Assembly: GCA_024679065.1 (NCBI GenBank)
Contig: JAGIQG010000009.1
Coordinates: 95,728,001 to 95,792,000 of the forward strand
DNA from: Sphyrna mokarran
Taxonomy: Eukaryota
Length of the DNA stretch: 64,000 bases
Reading direction: 5' to 3'
The notes beneath the pieces were generated by a model that made no database searches, was not told the origin of the DNA, and saw nothing but the letters and a program-made list of their open reading frames with translations. Below are positions 47,561 to 61,700 of this stretch, in pieces. Position 1 is the stretch's first letter. Each line of letters begins with the position of its first letter. The translations under genes and the position numbers were made by a program.

Positions 47561-50500
47561 ATTATAATATCCAATTAGCATGAAAATTTAATCATATAAG
47601 CTATTCTAATAGAGGCGGCATAATGGGGCAGCATCGTGGCACAGTCGGACAACCTGGTGGCACAGTGGTTATCATTGCTTCCTCACAGCACCAAAGACCA
47701 GGGTTCAATTCCAGCTAGACACTTGTCTGTGTGGAGTTTGCACATTCTCCTAGTGGCCGTGTGGTCTTCGTCCAGGTGCTCCGGTTTCCACCCACAGTCC
47801 AAAGATGTGCATGTTAGGTTGATTGGCCATGATAAATTGACCCTAGTGACAGGGACATTAGCAGCGTAAACATGTGGGTTACAAGAATAGGATCTGAGTG
47901 GGATTGTGGTCAGTCCAGACTCGATGGACCGAAAGGCATTCTTCCTGTAAGGATTCTATGAATTCATGTTGTTACAAGTCATCTATAGCACTCTAGCTTT
48001 AGTCTGGGGTTTGTATATATCAAATACCTCTCCCATGTCCAGATGTCTAATTTAGTGAACTCTTTCAGTTTAGTAGTCTTTGTTAATAAATGAACCTCTA
48101 TTCTAGGCTTACCTTCCAAGTGCTGAGGCCTTGACGTTTACCTGGGTAAGCTTTAACAGAGACAGTGGTTTCTCTAATAGCAGCTTATGTATGATTATTA
48201 ACACTTTCACTCTGTTCATCCTGTCCAGGGAGGTGATTTTACCTTTGTGCCCACTGGCTGATTGGCAGGGTGAGCTGGTGATATGGTGAGCAAGTTGAGA
48301 AATCAGGTTCACACCCAATTTCTCCCCTTTCACAATCTTTCCCACACCAAACATCCGGCAAGATCAGCCTCACATCCATTTCCAGTGCAAGGCTGAATAA
48401 ATCATTTAAATAAAATTGTCATACTTTTTGTATTGAATTCACAAGCCTGGGGCATTATCGTTTGGGTTCTCTTGCCTCTGTGGCCTCACCAGGAGAGATT
48501 CTCTCCAGTGAGAATCACAACTGGCCCCATCAATGTGGAACTAGATGTAATGGCCTCGCTGGTAGAAAAAGAGGTCTTGTGGATCCCTGCAGGGGTAACT
48601 GGCAGGGAAAGTGCTCCTTGGGCAGTACCAATCTCGCACCCTAGCACTGCCAATTGGGTATCAGGCCATGTTAAGAAGGTGGGGCTGAGGAGGCAGGCCT
48701 ATTGGGGAGGGGTCAGACTGGGGCAGCCGATTGGTGCTGGTGGACAGGTGGGAAACACTGTGCACTGTACGACAGTAATCAGTGTGGGAGGGAGGGTCAT
48801 GCTCTGGGCTGGCCATGGAGGGGAGGGGGTATTTGGGCTGGATTTTTTGGTGAGACGGGGTGTCGCGAAGATGATCTATCTAGGAGGTGGAGCAAGTGGC
48901 GAGCGTAGATCAGCACAAGCAGGCAAGAGGGTCACAGTAGGCCACAGGTCCCCCACAGTAGCTGGGAGCGGGGTGGTGTGTTTAGGCCAGAGAGGCTGGC
49001 TGAGAACAGCAGAGGCTGAATGACAGTCCTCTCTGCTCCCACAGCAGAGAGACCTTTGCAAGGTCAGAAATACACATCAAGAGATGTTAACAGATGGTGA
49101 TGGGAATATTTTGTAGACATATGTATATGGACTTCTGAAAAAAAAATACCACTTGGGATTATTAGTGAAGATGAAATCGATTCTTTGCATATCTCTTTAG
49201 CTAGATCACAATGATCTTTTACCATTCCAGCCTGTCATTCCAGATTAAGATTTGGAAGATGAAGGAAGGTGACCTTTGTGTTCCTATCCAGTCCAACTTC
49301 CCCAAGCAGTGGTTCCTGATTTTGACAACCCATCACATGTCATGATATGGTGTGACCATATCATGTGGAGTTTGGGCTGCTAGCAGTGTTGAGGTATTGT
49401 CACTGGATAGGAATCCAAAGACACAGGACGAAGCCCCAGGAACCTGGATTGAATCCCATTATGGGAGAGGATGGAAATTGAACTCAATAAAAAATAAAGT
49501 CTAATGATGACCATGAAGCCATTGCTGACTATTGTAAAAACCCATCTAGTTCACTAATGTCCTTGAAGGAAGAATTCTGACATCCTTACCTGATCTGCCC
49601 AACATGTGACTCCAAACCCACAGCAATGTGATTGTCTCTTAAATGTCTTCGGAAATGACCCAGCAGGATTAGAGGTGAAGAATGTGCAATGTGCATGTAC
49701 ACATTTCATCTGAATCACTGTAACCTTGTCCCACTGCTGCATCCTTTTCAACAGAGCTGCCGTGGATTTGTACATGGCTGAAGTGAGGGACGATGGGGGA
49801 ATGGAGTAAAGGGTGCTAAACAAAAATTAAAGTTTCCAGTTTATTTATTAGTGTCACAAGTGGACTTATGTTAAAGTTGCAAGGAAGCTTACTGTGAAAA
49901 CCCTCTGGTGTCTGTTCAGTCTCAGTGAGGGAGGATGTAGCATTTCCAGTGCACCTCAACAGTACAACTTTCAAAAGGTGGGAGGAAACGTGAGCATCAG
50001 GAGAAAACCCACACTGACACAGGAATAACATGCAAACTCAACACAGGCAGTTGCCCAAGTCAGGAATCCAGGTTCCTGGCGCTGTGAGACAGGAGTGCTA
50101 ACCACTGTGACTATACACTCTCCTCTATACAAGCGCACAAACATCAGCAAGAGTAAGTCAGCAAATTACCAATCTAAACTATTTTACTTTCTGTGAAGTA
50201 TACCTTAATACCAGATTACACCCATGATGATGCTAATATGTGTGCAGTGTGTATGTTTCTTAACACTACATTTCTCTCTCAGTCACTGTCCTTGGACAAA
50301 CATCCCATTATTTTCCATTCTATCTCAACTGGGAGCCCTGGATAATATTGGCAATCAAATATAATCTTTTGACATTGAATTTGATTTCTGACACTGTCAT
50401 GTTTGCTCCTTAGGTAACCTATCATTATTTAAGCAGAAGATTAAATGATACTTGCATATTTCAAATCATCTCAAATTGAGACAGCCTCATGTATAGTTTA

Positions 50501-51534
50501 CTTCAGAACATTCACAGAAAGGAGATAAAATGTATTTTAACTCCCAGCAAATTTCTCTTTAAGCATTTTAAAATATTAATTCACATATAATGAATTTGTG
50601 AATTCCAAATTCTTCTGCCCTGTTTTCATGTTTCTTTAAGTGATACTATAGGGCAGCACCAAGGACCCAGATTCAATTCCCGGCTTGGGTCACTGCCTGT
50701 GTGGAGAATGCACATTCTGCCCGTGTCTGTGTAGGTTTCCTCCCACAGTCCAAAAGATGTGCTGGTTAGGTGGATTAACCATGCTAAATTCTGCCTTAGC
50801 AACAGGTGCATAAGTGTGGCGATGAAGAGATTCCACAGTAAATTAATTGCAGTGTTAATGTCAGCCGACTTGTGCCACTGATAAAATACTTAAACAAAAA
50901 GTCCATTGGAATGTGTGCTCAAGTCAAGATCTCCCATTCCCAAGCACACTGGCTTGGCAAATCACAAATATCTTTGAAATATCAAAGCCTTTCTACAAAT
51001 TGGTAGCTGCAGGCGAGTTTCCAATTCTTGTAGTTGTTGGAAATATTGTTACACTTTGCAGTATTGGACACAACTGTTATCTGTGCGGATGTGTGAGAGT
51101 TTATAAAACAGAAAAAGATCATCCTGCTCAGAGCTGAATGGGTTAATTTAAATTAAAACATGTTTGGTGAAGGAATTTATGTCTCTGTGATTTCAGAGAC
51201 TGAGTTACAATGTTCTTAGAGTAATGGCGGTTTTAGCTGAACAAAAATACTTCTTCAAGTCTTGTGGATTCACCAATTCAAACTGAATATTTCCGAATAA
51301 AGATCTTGGAACACAATGGATTAGAAGATAAATTCTTAATTGTTCCCCAGGGTGACTTCTATGAAGATTTTAAACACAAGAATAATCCACCAACAATCAC
51401 CTTAAATTCAACTCCTTATTTCGAAATTGCACTGTCAAAATTGAAGAAACGACTTCACTCTGACAGATGTGGATTTGTATCTGAATTAGAAATCCACATG
51501 TTTCACCCGTTTCAATAGAGTTTCATTGTAGCGG

Positions 51535-52120
51535 TAACAAGTTTTCAGTTTCAAAACTTTTAAATTGTTCTCCCCCTTTAGACTTAACCATTTTCAGGAA
51601 AACACATCAGAATTGGAGCCGGTCTGAAGGAACAGCAATGCAGAGCATTCACACAGCCTTTCCTCATTCACTAACAGGACATTTACACACACACATCTGG
51701 ACACACAATTCTTTCTCACATCACTTCAAGTTTCACTCTGGATCTTTTCAACATTAAAAAGGTGTCTTTTAAAGGAGATAAAATAAATTCCATCACATTT
51801 TTTTTCTTCACTAATGTCTGTTATTGAAATGAAGGGAAAACCGCGTTTCACAAATAACAGAAAGGGAAACATTGAAGATTGTTCCATTGAAACAACAGAG
51901 GGCGGAGTTTCTCACAGAGTGTGTTTCAATTCCAAAACTTCTACAAACTTCTTCAACTTAAAAAGTAAAACTTGTTTTATTTTCTCAATTCTGGGGACAC
52001 AATCTGAAATTCTTTGCACTCACTCTAATTTCTATTTCACTGCAATTTTCCTGTTTATTTTCTCCCACCCGGAAGCCGAGGATCCGCTTCAGTCCCGGTT
52101 TCGATTTGAAATTTATTTTA
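51535..52120. promoter_or_regulatory. putative IRF/ISRE-GC-ETS regulatory block (copy 2)
   Basis: Near-identical paralog of 24085-24670. Confidence 0.35.
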
Positions 52121-52769
52121 ACTTTCTCTCTTTCCGACAACAGTCAATCCGGCAGCTCATTTTCCATCATCTCAATGGCATTGCCCCAGTCTGTCTCCCC
52201 GCGGTTACAATCCGGACAACAGCATCAAACCGCCTCAGTTCACCCAGAATTTTCCAACTTCAACACGGAATTCACAAAACATCAACAACCTTCCCCTCCC
52301 CTCCTCCTCTTTTCAGTTGTTGTCTGAATAAACTCAACCATCGATCAACCACCGAATCCTTGCAGTGCGGAAGGAGGCGATTCGGCCCCTCGAGTCTGCA
52401 CCGAATAGCATTTTGCCCAAGAGCTGAGTTTCTCTCCACCAAATTCCCAGCCTCTGATCCACTCTTGCGGCGACAGTGTTTCATTTCTTTTTTCGAACCT
52501 GCTTCTGATATTCCACCAACCAGACATCAACAGCCCATTCCTGAAAAACAGCGAGATCCATTTCTTCATCCTGATTCAATAATCTAATCTTTGGTCTCAC
52601 ATCTCCGTGATCTCTCACTATTTGTTTCTTCCTGTCGACTTTCTCCCAATCATTCCAATTTCCCTGCTCTGATCCAAGCATCCAATCTGCAAATACTGTT
52701 TCTTTATGCACCATTTTACCTTTCATTTTAACTCTTGACTGACCAGCTATTCACTTTTTCAAATCAAGT

Positions 52770-55700
52770 ACAGCACAGAGCTCATATAGTGGGAGAGACA
52801 GTATCAGTACAGGACACAGTTCACACACTGAGAGGGAGAGTATCAATACAGGACACAGTGCACATAATGGGAGAGACAGTATCAGTACAGGACACAGTTC
52901 ACATACTGAGAGGGACAGTATCAGTACAGGACACAGTTCACACACTGAGAGGGACAGTATCAGTACAGGACACAGCGCACATACTGGGAGAGACAGTATC
53001 AGTACAGGACACAGCGCACACACTGAGAGGGACAGTATCAGTACAGGACACAGCTCACACACTGAGAGGGACAGTATCAGTACAGGACACAGCTCAAACA
53101 CTGAGAGGGACAGTATCAGTACAGGACACAGTTCACATACTGAGAGAGACAGTATCAGTACAGGACACAGCTCACACACTGAGAGGGGCAGTATCAGTAC
53201 AGGACACAGTTCACACACTGAGAGGGACAGTATCAGTACAGGACACAGTTCACATACTGAGAGAGACAGTATCAGTACAGGACACAGCACACACACTGAG
53301 AGGGACAGTATCAGTACAGGACACAGTTCACACACTGAGAGGGACAGTATCAGTACAGGACACAGTTCACACACTGAGAGAGACAGTATTAGCGTAGGAC
53401 ACAGTTCACACACTGAGAGGGACAGTATCAGTTCAGGACACAGCTCACACACTGAGAGGGACAGTATTAGCGTAGGACACAGTTCACACACTGAGAGGAC
53501 AGTATCAGTACAGGACACAGTTCATACACTCAGAGGGACAGTATCAGTACAAGACACAGCTCACACACTGAGAGGGACAGTATCAGTACAGGACACAACT
53601 CACACACTGAGAGGGACAGTATCAGCGTACGACACAGTTCACATACTGAGAGGGACAGTATCAGTACAAGACACAGTTCACATACTGAGAGGGACAGTAT
53701 CAGCGTAGGACACAGTTCACATACTGAGAGGGACAGTATCAGTACAAGACACAATTCACATACTGAGAGGGACAGTATCACCGTAGGACACAGTTCACAT
53801 ACTGAGAGGGACAGTATCAGTACAGGACACAGCTCACACACTGAGAGGGACAGTATCAGTACAGGACACAGTTCACACACTGAGAGGGACAGTATCAGTA
53901 CAGGACATAGCTCACACACTGAGAGGGACGGTATCAGTACAGGACACAGTTCACACACTGAGAGGGACAGTATCAGTACAGGACACAGTTCACATACCGA
54001 GAGGGACAGTATCAGTACAGGACACAGTTCACACACTGAGAGGGACAGTGTCAGTACAGGACACAGCTCACACACTGAGAGGGACAGTATCAGTACAGGA
54101 CACAGTTCACACACTGAGAGGGACAGTATCAGTACAGGCACAGTTCACACACTGAGAGGGACAGTATCAGCGTAGGACACAGTTCACACACTGAGAGGGA
54201 CAGTATCAGTACAGGACACAGCTCACACACCGAGAGGGACAGTATCAGTACAGAACACAGTTCACACACTGAGAGAGACCGTATCGGTACAGGAGACAGT
54301 TCACATACTGAGAGGGACAGTATCAGTACAAGACACAGTTCACATACTGAGAGGGACAGTATCAGCGTAGGACACAGTTCACATACTGAGAGGGACAGTA
54401 TCAGTACAAGACACAATTCACATACTGAGAGGGACAGTATCACCGTAGGACACAGTTCACATACTGAGAGGGACAGTATGAGTACAGGACACAGCTCACA
54501 CACTGAGAGGGACAGTATCAGTACACGACACAGTTCACACACTGAGAGGGACAGTATCAGTACACGACACAGTTCACACACTGAGAGGGACAGTATCAGT
54601 ACAGAACACAGTTCCACAGTGAGAGAGACAGAATCGTACGGACACAGTTCACATACTGAGAGAGACAGTATCAGTACAGGACACAGCTCACACACTGAGA
54701 GAGACAGTATCAGTACAGGACACAGCTCACACACTGAGAGAGACAGTATCAGTACAGGACACAGCTCACACCCTGAGAGAGACAGTGTGAGTACAGGACA
54801 CAGCTCACACACTGAGAGGGACAGTATCAGTACAGGACACAGTTCACACACTGAGAGGGACAGTATCAGTACAGGACACAGCTCAGAAACTGAGAGAGAC
54901 AGTATCAGTACAGGACACAGCTCAGACACTGAGAGGGACAGTATCGATACAGGACACAGCTCACACACTGAGAGGGACAGTATCAGTACAGGACCTAGCT
55001 CACACACTGAGAGGGACAGTATCAGTACAGGACACAGTTCATATACTGAGAGGGACAGTATCAGCGTAGGACACAGTTCACATACTGAGAGAGACAGTAT
55101 CATTGCAGGACACAGCTCACACACTAAGAGAGACAGTATGAGTACAGGACACAGCTCACAGACTGAGAGGGACAGTATCATTACAAGACACAGTTCACAC
55201 ACTGAGTGGGACAATATTAGTACAGGACACAGTTCACACACTGAGAGAGAGTATCAGCGTAGGACACAGTTCACAGACTGAGGGACAGTATCAGTACAGG
55301 ACACAGCTCACACACTGAGAGGGACAGTATCAGTACGGGACACAGCTCACACAGAGGGCTGTATCAGTACAGGACACAGTTCACACACTGAGAGGGACAG
55401 CATCAGTACAGGACACAGTTCACACAGTGAGAGGGGCAGTATCAGTACAGGACACAATTCACACACTGAGAGAGACCGTATTAGCGTAGGACACAGTTCA
55501 CACACTGAGACGGACAGTATCAGTACAGGACACAGCTCACACACTGAGAGAGACGGTATCAGTACAGGACACAGCTCAGACACTGAGAGGGACAGTATCA
55601 GTACAGGACACAGTTCACACACTTAGAGGGACAGTATCAGTACAGGACACAGTTCACACACTGAGAGGGACAGTATCAGTACAGGACACAGTTCACATAC

Positions 55701-58700
55701 TGAGAGGGACAGTATCAGCGTAGGACACAGTTCACATACTGAGAGGGTCAATATCAGTACAAGACACAGTTCACATACGGAGAGAGACAGTATCAGTACA
55801 GGACATTGTTCACATACTGAGAGGGACAGCATCAGTACAGGACACAGTTCACACAGTGAGAGGGGCAGTATCAGTACAGGACACAGTTCACACACTGAGA
55901 GAGACCGTATTAGCGTAGGACACAGTTCACACACTGAGACGGACAGTATCAGTACAGGACACAGCTCACACACTGAGAGAGACGGTATCAGTACAGGACA
56001 CAGCTCAGACACTGAGAGGGACAGTATCAGTACAGGACACAGTTCACACACTTAGAGGGACAGTATCAGTACAGGACACAGTTCACACACTGAGAGGGAC
56101 AGTATCAGTACAGGACACAGTTCACATACTGAGAGGGACAGTATCAGCGTAGGACACAGTTCACATACTGAGAGGGTCAATATCAGTACAAGACACAGTT
56201 CACATACGGAGAGAGACAGTATCAGTACAGGACATTGTTCACATACTGAGAGAGACAGTATCAGTACAGGACACAGTTCACACACTGAGAGGGACAGTAT
56301 CAGCGTGGGACAAAGTTCACACACTGAGAGGGACAATATCAGTACAGGACACAGCTCACACACTGAGAGGGACAGTATCAGTACGGGACACAGCTCACAC
56401 GCTGAGAGGGACTGTATCAGTACAGGACACAGTTCACACACTGAGAGAGACCGTATCAGCGTAGGACACAGTTCACACAGTGAGAGGGACAGTATCAGTA
56501 CAGGACACAATTCACACACTGAGAGAGACCGTATCAGCGTAGGACACAGTTCACACACTGAGACGGACAGTATCAGTACAGGACACAGCTCACACACTGA
56601 GAGGGACAGTATCAGTACAGGACACAGCTCACACACTGAGAGGGACAGTATCAGTTCATGACACAGTTCACACACTGACAGGGACAGTATCAGTAGAGGA
56701 CACAGTTCACACACTGATAGGGACAGTATCAGTGTAGAACACAGTTCACTTACTGAGAGGGACAGTATCAGTACAGGACACAGTTCACACACTGAGAGGG
56801 ACAGTATCAGTACAGGACACAGCTCACACACTGAAAGGGACAGTATCAGTAAAGGACACAGTTCACATACTGAGAGGGACAGTATCAGTACAGGACACAG
56901 TTCCACACTGAGAGGGACAGTATCAGTACAGGACACAGCGCACATACTGGGAGAGACAGTATCAGTACAGGACACAGCGCACACAGTGAGAGGGACAGTA
57001 TCAGTACAGGACACAGCTCACACACTGAGAGGGACAGTATCAGTACAGGACACAGCTCAAACACTGAGAGGGACAGTATCAGTACAGGACACAGTTCACA
57101 TACTGAGAGAGACAGTATCAGTACAGGACACAGCTCACACACTGAGAGGGACAGTATCAGTACAGGACACAGTTCACACACTGAGAGGGACAGTATCAGT
57201 ACAGGACACAGTTCACATACTGAGAGAGACAGTATCAGTACAGGACACAGTCACACACTGAGAGGGACAGTATCAGTAGGACACAGTTCACAACTGAGAG
57301 GGACAGTATCATGGTTGGGTTAGTAGGACACAGTTCACACACTGAGAGGGACAGTATCAGTACAGGACACAGTTCACACACTGAGAGGGACAGTATAGAC
57401 AGGACACAGTTCACACACTGAGAGAGTATCAGAGGCACAGTTCACACACTGAGAGGGACAGTATCAGTACAGGACACAGCTCACACACTGAGAGGGACAG
57501 TATCAGTACAGGACACAGCTCACACACTGAGAGGGACAGTATCAGTACAGGACACAGCTCACACACTGAGAGGGACAGTATCAGTACAGGACACAGTTCA
57601 CACACTGAGAGGGACAGTATCAGTACAGGACACAGTTCACACACTGAGAGAGACAGTATCAGTACAGGACACAGTTCACACACTGAGAGGGACAGTATCA
57701 GTACAGGACACAGCTCACACACTGAGAGGGACAGTATCAGTACAGGACACAGTTCACACACTGAGAGGGACAGTATCAGTACAGGACACAGCTCACACAC
57801 TGAGAGGGACAGTATCAGTACAGGACACAGTTCACACACTGAGAGGGACAGTATCAGTACAGGACACAGCTCACACACTGAGAGGGACAGTATCAGTACA
57901 GGACACAGTTCACACACTGAGAGGGACAGTATCAGTTCAGGACACAGCTCACACACTGAGTGGGACAGTATCAGTAAGGACACATTTCACACACTGAGAG
58001 GGACAGTATCAGTACAGGACACAGTTCACACACTGAGAGGGACAGTATTAGTACAGGACACAGTTCACACACTGAGAGGGACAGTATCAGTAGAGGACAC
58101 AGTTCACACACTGATAGGGACAGTATCAGTGTAGAACACAGTTCACATACTGAGAGGGACAGTATCAGTATAGGACACAGTTCACATACTGAGAGGGACA
58201 GTATCAGTACAGGACACAGTTCACACACTGAGAGGGCAGTATCAGTACAGGACACAGTTCACACACTGAGAGAGACAGTATCAGCGTAGGACACAGTTCA
58301 CACACTGAGAGGGACAGTATCAGTACAGGACACAGTTCACACACTGAGAGGGACAGTATCAGTACAGGACGCAGTTCACACACTGAGAGAGACAGTATCA
58401 GCGTAGGACACAGTTCACACACTGAGAGGGACAGTATCAGTACAGGACACAGCTCACACACTGAGAGGGACAGTATCAGTACAGGACACAGTTCACACAC
58501 TGAGAGGGACAGTATCAGTACAGGACACAGTTCACACACTGAGAGGGACAGTATCAGTACAGGACACAGTTCACACACTGAGAGGGACAGTATCAGTACA
58601 GGACACAGTTCACACACTGAGAGGGACAGTATCAGTACAGGACACAGTTCCACACTGAGAGGACAGTATCAGTAGACACGTTCACACACTGAGAGGGACA

Positions 58701-61700
58701 GTATCAGTATAGGACACAGCTCACACACTGAGAGGGACAGTATCAGTACAGGACACAGCTCACACACTGAGAGAGACAGTATCAGTACAGGACACAGTTC
58801 ACATACTGAGAGAGACAGAATCAGTACAGGACACAGTTCACATACTGAGAGAGACAGTATCAGTACGGGACAAAGTTCACACCCTGAGAGGGACAGTGTG
58901 AGTACAGGACACAGCTCACACACTGAGAGGGACAGTATCAGTACAGGACACAGTTCACACACTGAGAGGGACAGTATCAGTACAGGACACAGTTCAGAAA
59001 CTGAGAGAGACAGTATCAGTACAGGACACAGTTCAGACACTGAGAGGGACAGTATCGGTACAGGACACAGCTCACACACTGAGAGGGACAGTATCAGTAC
59101 AGGACACAGCTCACACACTGAGAGGGACAGTATCAGTACAGGACACAGCTCACACACTGAGAGGGACAGTATCAGACAGGACACAGTTATATACTGAGGG
59201 GGACAGTATCACGTATGACACAGTTCACACACTGAGAGGGACAGTATCAGTAGAGGACACAGTTCACACACTGAGAGGGACAGATCAGTGTAGGACACAG
59301 TTACACACTGAGAGGGACAGTATCAGTACAGGACACAGTTCACACACTGAGAGGGAGGCAGTATCAGTACAGGCACAGCTTCACACACTGAAAGGGAGTA
59401 TCAGTAAAGGACACAGTTCACATACTGAGAGGGACAGTATCAGTACAGGACACAGCTCAAACACTGAGGGGACAGTATCAGTACAGGACACAGCTCACAC
59501 ACTGAGAGGGACAGTATCAGTACAGGACACAGCTCACACACTGAGAGGGACAGTATCAGTACAGGACACAGTTCACACACTGAGAGGGACAGTATCAGTA
59601 GAGGACACAGTTCACACACTGAGAGAGACAGTATCAGTACAGGACACAGCTCACACACTGAGAGGGACAGTATCAGTACAGGACACAGCTCCACACTGAG
59701 AGGGACAGTATCAGTACAGGACACAGCTCACACACGAGGGGGACAGTATCAGTACAGGACACAGCTCACACAGTGAAAGGTACAGTATCAGTACAGGACA
59801 CAGCTCACACAGGAAAGGGACAGTATCAGTACAGGACACAGTTCACACACTGAGAGACAGTATCAGTACAGGACACAGTTCACACACTGAGAGGGACAGA
59901 TCAGTACAGGACACAGTTACACACTGAGAGGGACAGTATCAGTTCAGGACACAGCTCACACACTGAGAGGGACAGTATCAGTACAGGACACAGTTCACAA
60001 ACTGAGAGGGACAGTATCAGTACAGGACACAGTTCACACACTGATAGGGACAGTATCAGTAGAGGACACAGTTCACACACTGATAGGGACAGTATCAGTG
60101 TAGAACACAGTTCACATACTGAGAGGGACAGTATCAGCGTAGGAGACAGTTCACATACTGAGAGGGACAGTATCAGTACAGGACACAGTTCACACACTGA
60201 GAGAGAGTATCAGCGTAGGACACAGTTCACAGTGAGGGAGTATAGTACAGGACAGCTACACACTGAGAGGGACAGTATCAGTACGGGACACAGCTCACAC
60301 ACTGAGAGGGCTGTATCAGTACAGGACACAGTTCACACACTGAGAGGGACAGTATCAGTACAGGACACAGTTCACACATTGAGAGGGGCAGTATCAGTAC
60401 AGGACACAGTTCACACACTGAGAGAGACCGTATTAGCGTAGGACACAGTTCACACACTGAGACGGACAGTATCAGTACAGGACACAGCTCACACACTGAG
60501 AGAGACAGTATCAGTACGGGACACAGCTCAGACACTGAGAGGGACAGTATCAGTACAGGACACAGTTCACACACTGAGAGGGACAGTATCAGTACAGGAC
60601 ACAGTTCACACACTGAGAGGGACAGTATCAGTACAGGACACAGTTCACATACTGAGAGGGACAGTATCAGCGTAGGACACAGTTCACATACTGAGAGGGT
60701 CAATATCAGTACAAGACACAGTTCACATACGGAGAGAGACAGTATCAGTACAGGACATTGTTCACATACTGAGAGGGACAGCATCAGTACAGGACACAGT
60801 TCACACAGTGAGAGGGGCAGTATCAGTACAGGACACAGTTCACACACTGAGAGAGACCGTATTAGCGTAGGACACAGTTCACACACTGAGACGGACAGTA
60901 TCAGTACAGGACACAGCTCACACACTGAGAGAGACGGTATCAGTACAGGACACAGCTCAGACACTGAGAGGGACAGTATCAGTACAGGACACAGTTCACA
61001 CACTGAGAGGGACAGTATCAGTACAGGACACAGTTCACACACTGAGAGGGACAGTATCAGTACAGGACACAGTTCACATACTGAGAGGGACAGTATCAGC
61101 GTAGGACACAGTTCACATACTGAGAGGGTCAATATCAGTACAAGACACAGTTCACATACGGAGAGAGACAGTATCAGTACAGGACATTGTTCACATACTG
61201 AGAGAGACAGTATCAGTACAGGACACAGTTCACACACTGAGAGGGACAGTATCAGCGTGGGACAAAGTTCACACACTGAGAGGGACAATATCAGTACAGG
61301 ACACAGCTCACACACTGAGAGGGACAGTATCAGTACGGGACACAGCTCACACGCTGAGAGGGACTGTATCAGTACAGGACACAGTTCACACACTGAGAGA
61401 GACCGTATCAGCGTAGGACACAGTTCACACAGTGAGAGGGACAGTATCAGTACAGGACACAATTCACACACTGAGAGAGACCGTATCAGCGTAGGACACA
61501 GTTCACACACTGAGACGGACAGTATCAGTACAGGACACAGCTCACACACTGAGAGGGACAGTATCAGTACAGGACACAGCTCACACACTGAGAGGGACAG
61601 TATCAGTTCATGACACAGTTCACACACTGACAGGGACAGTATCAGTAGAGGACACAGTTCACACACTGATAGGGACAGTATCAGTGTAGAACACAGTTCA

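Larger units (their letters stand above)
39430..52900 (+). repeat. segmental duplication unit 2
   Basis: Paralog of 10800-25470, e.g. ORF-track pairs 24365/51814 and 23814/51264. Confidence 0.9.
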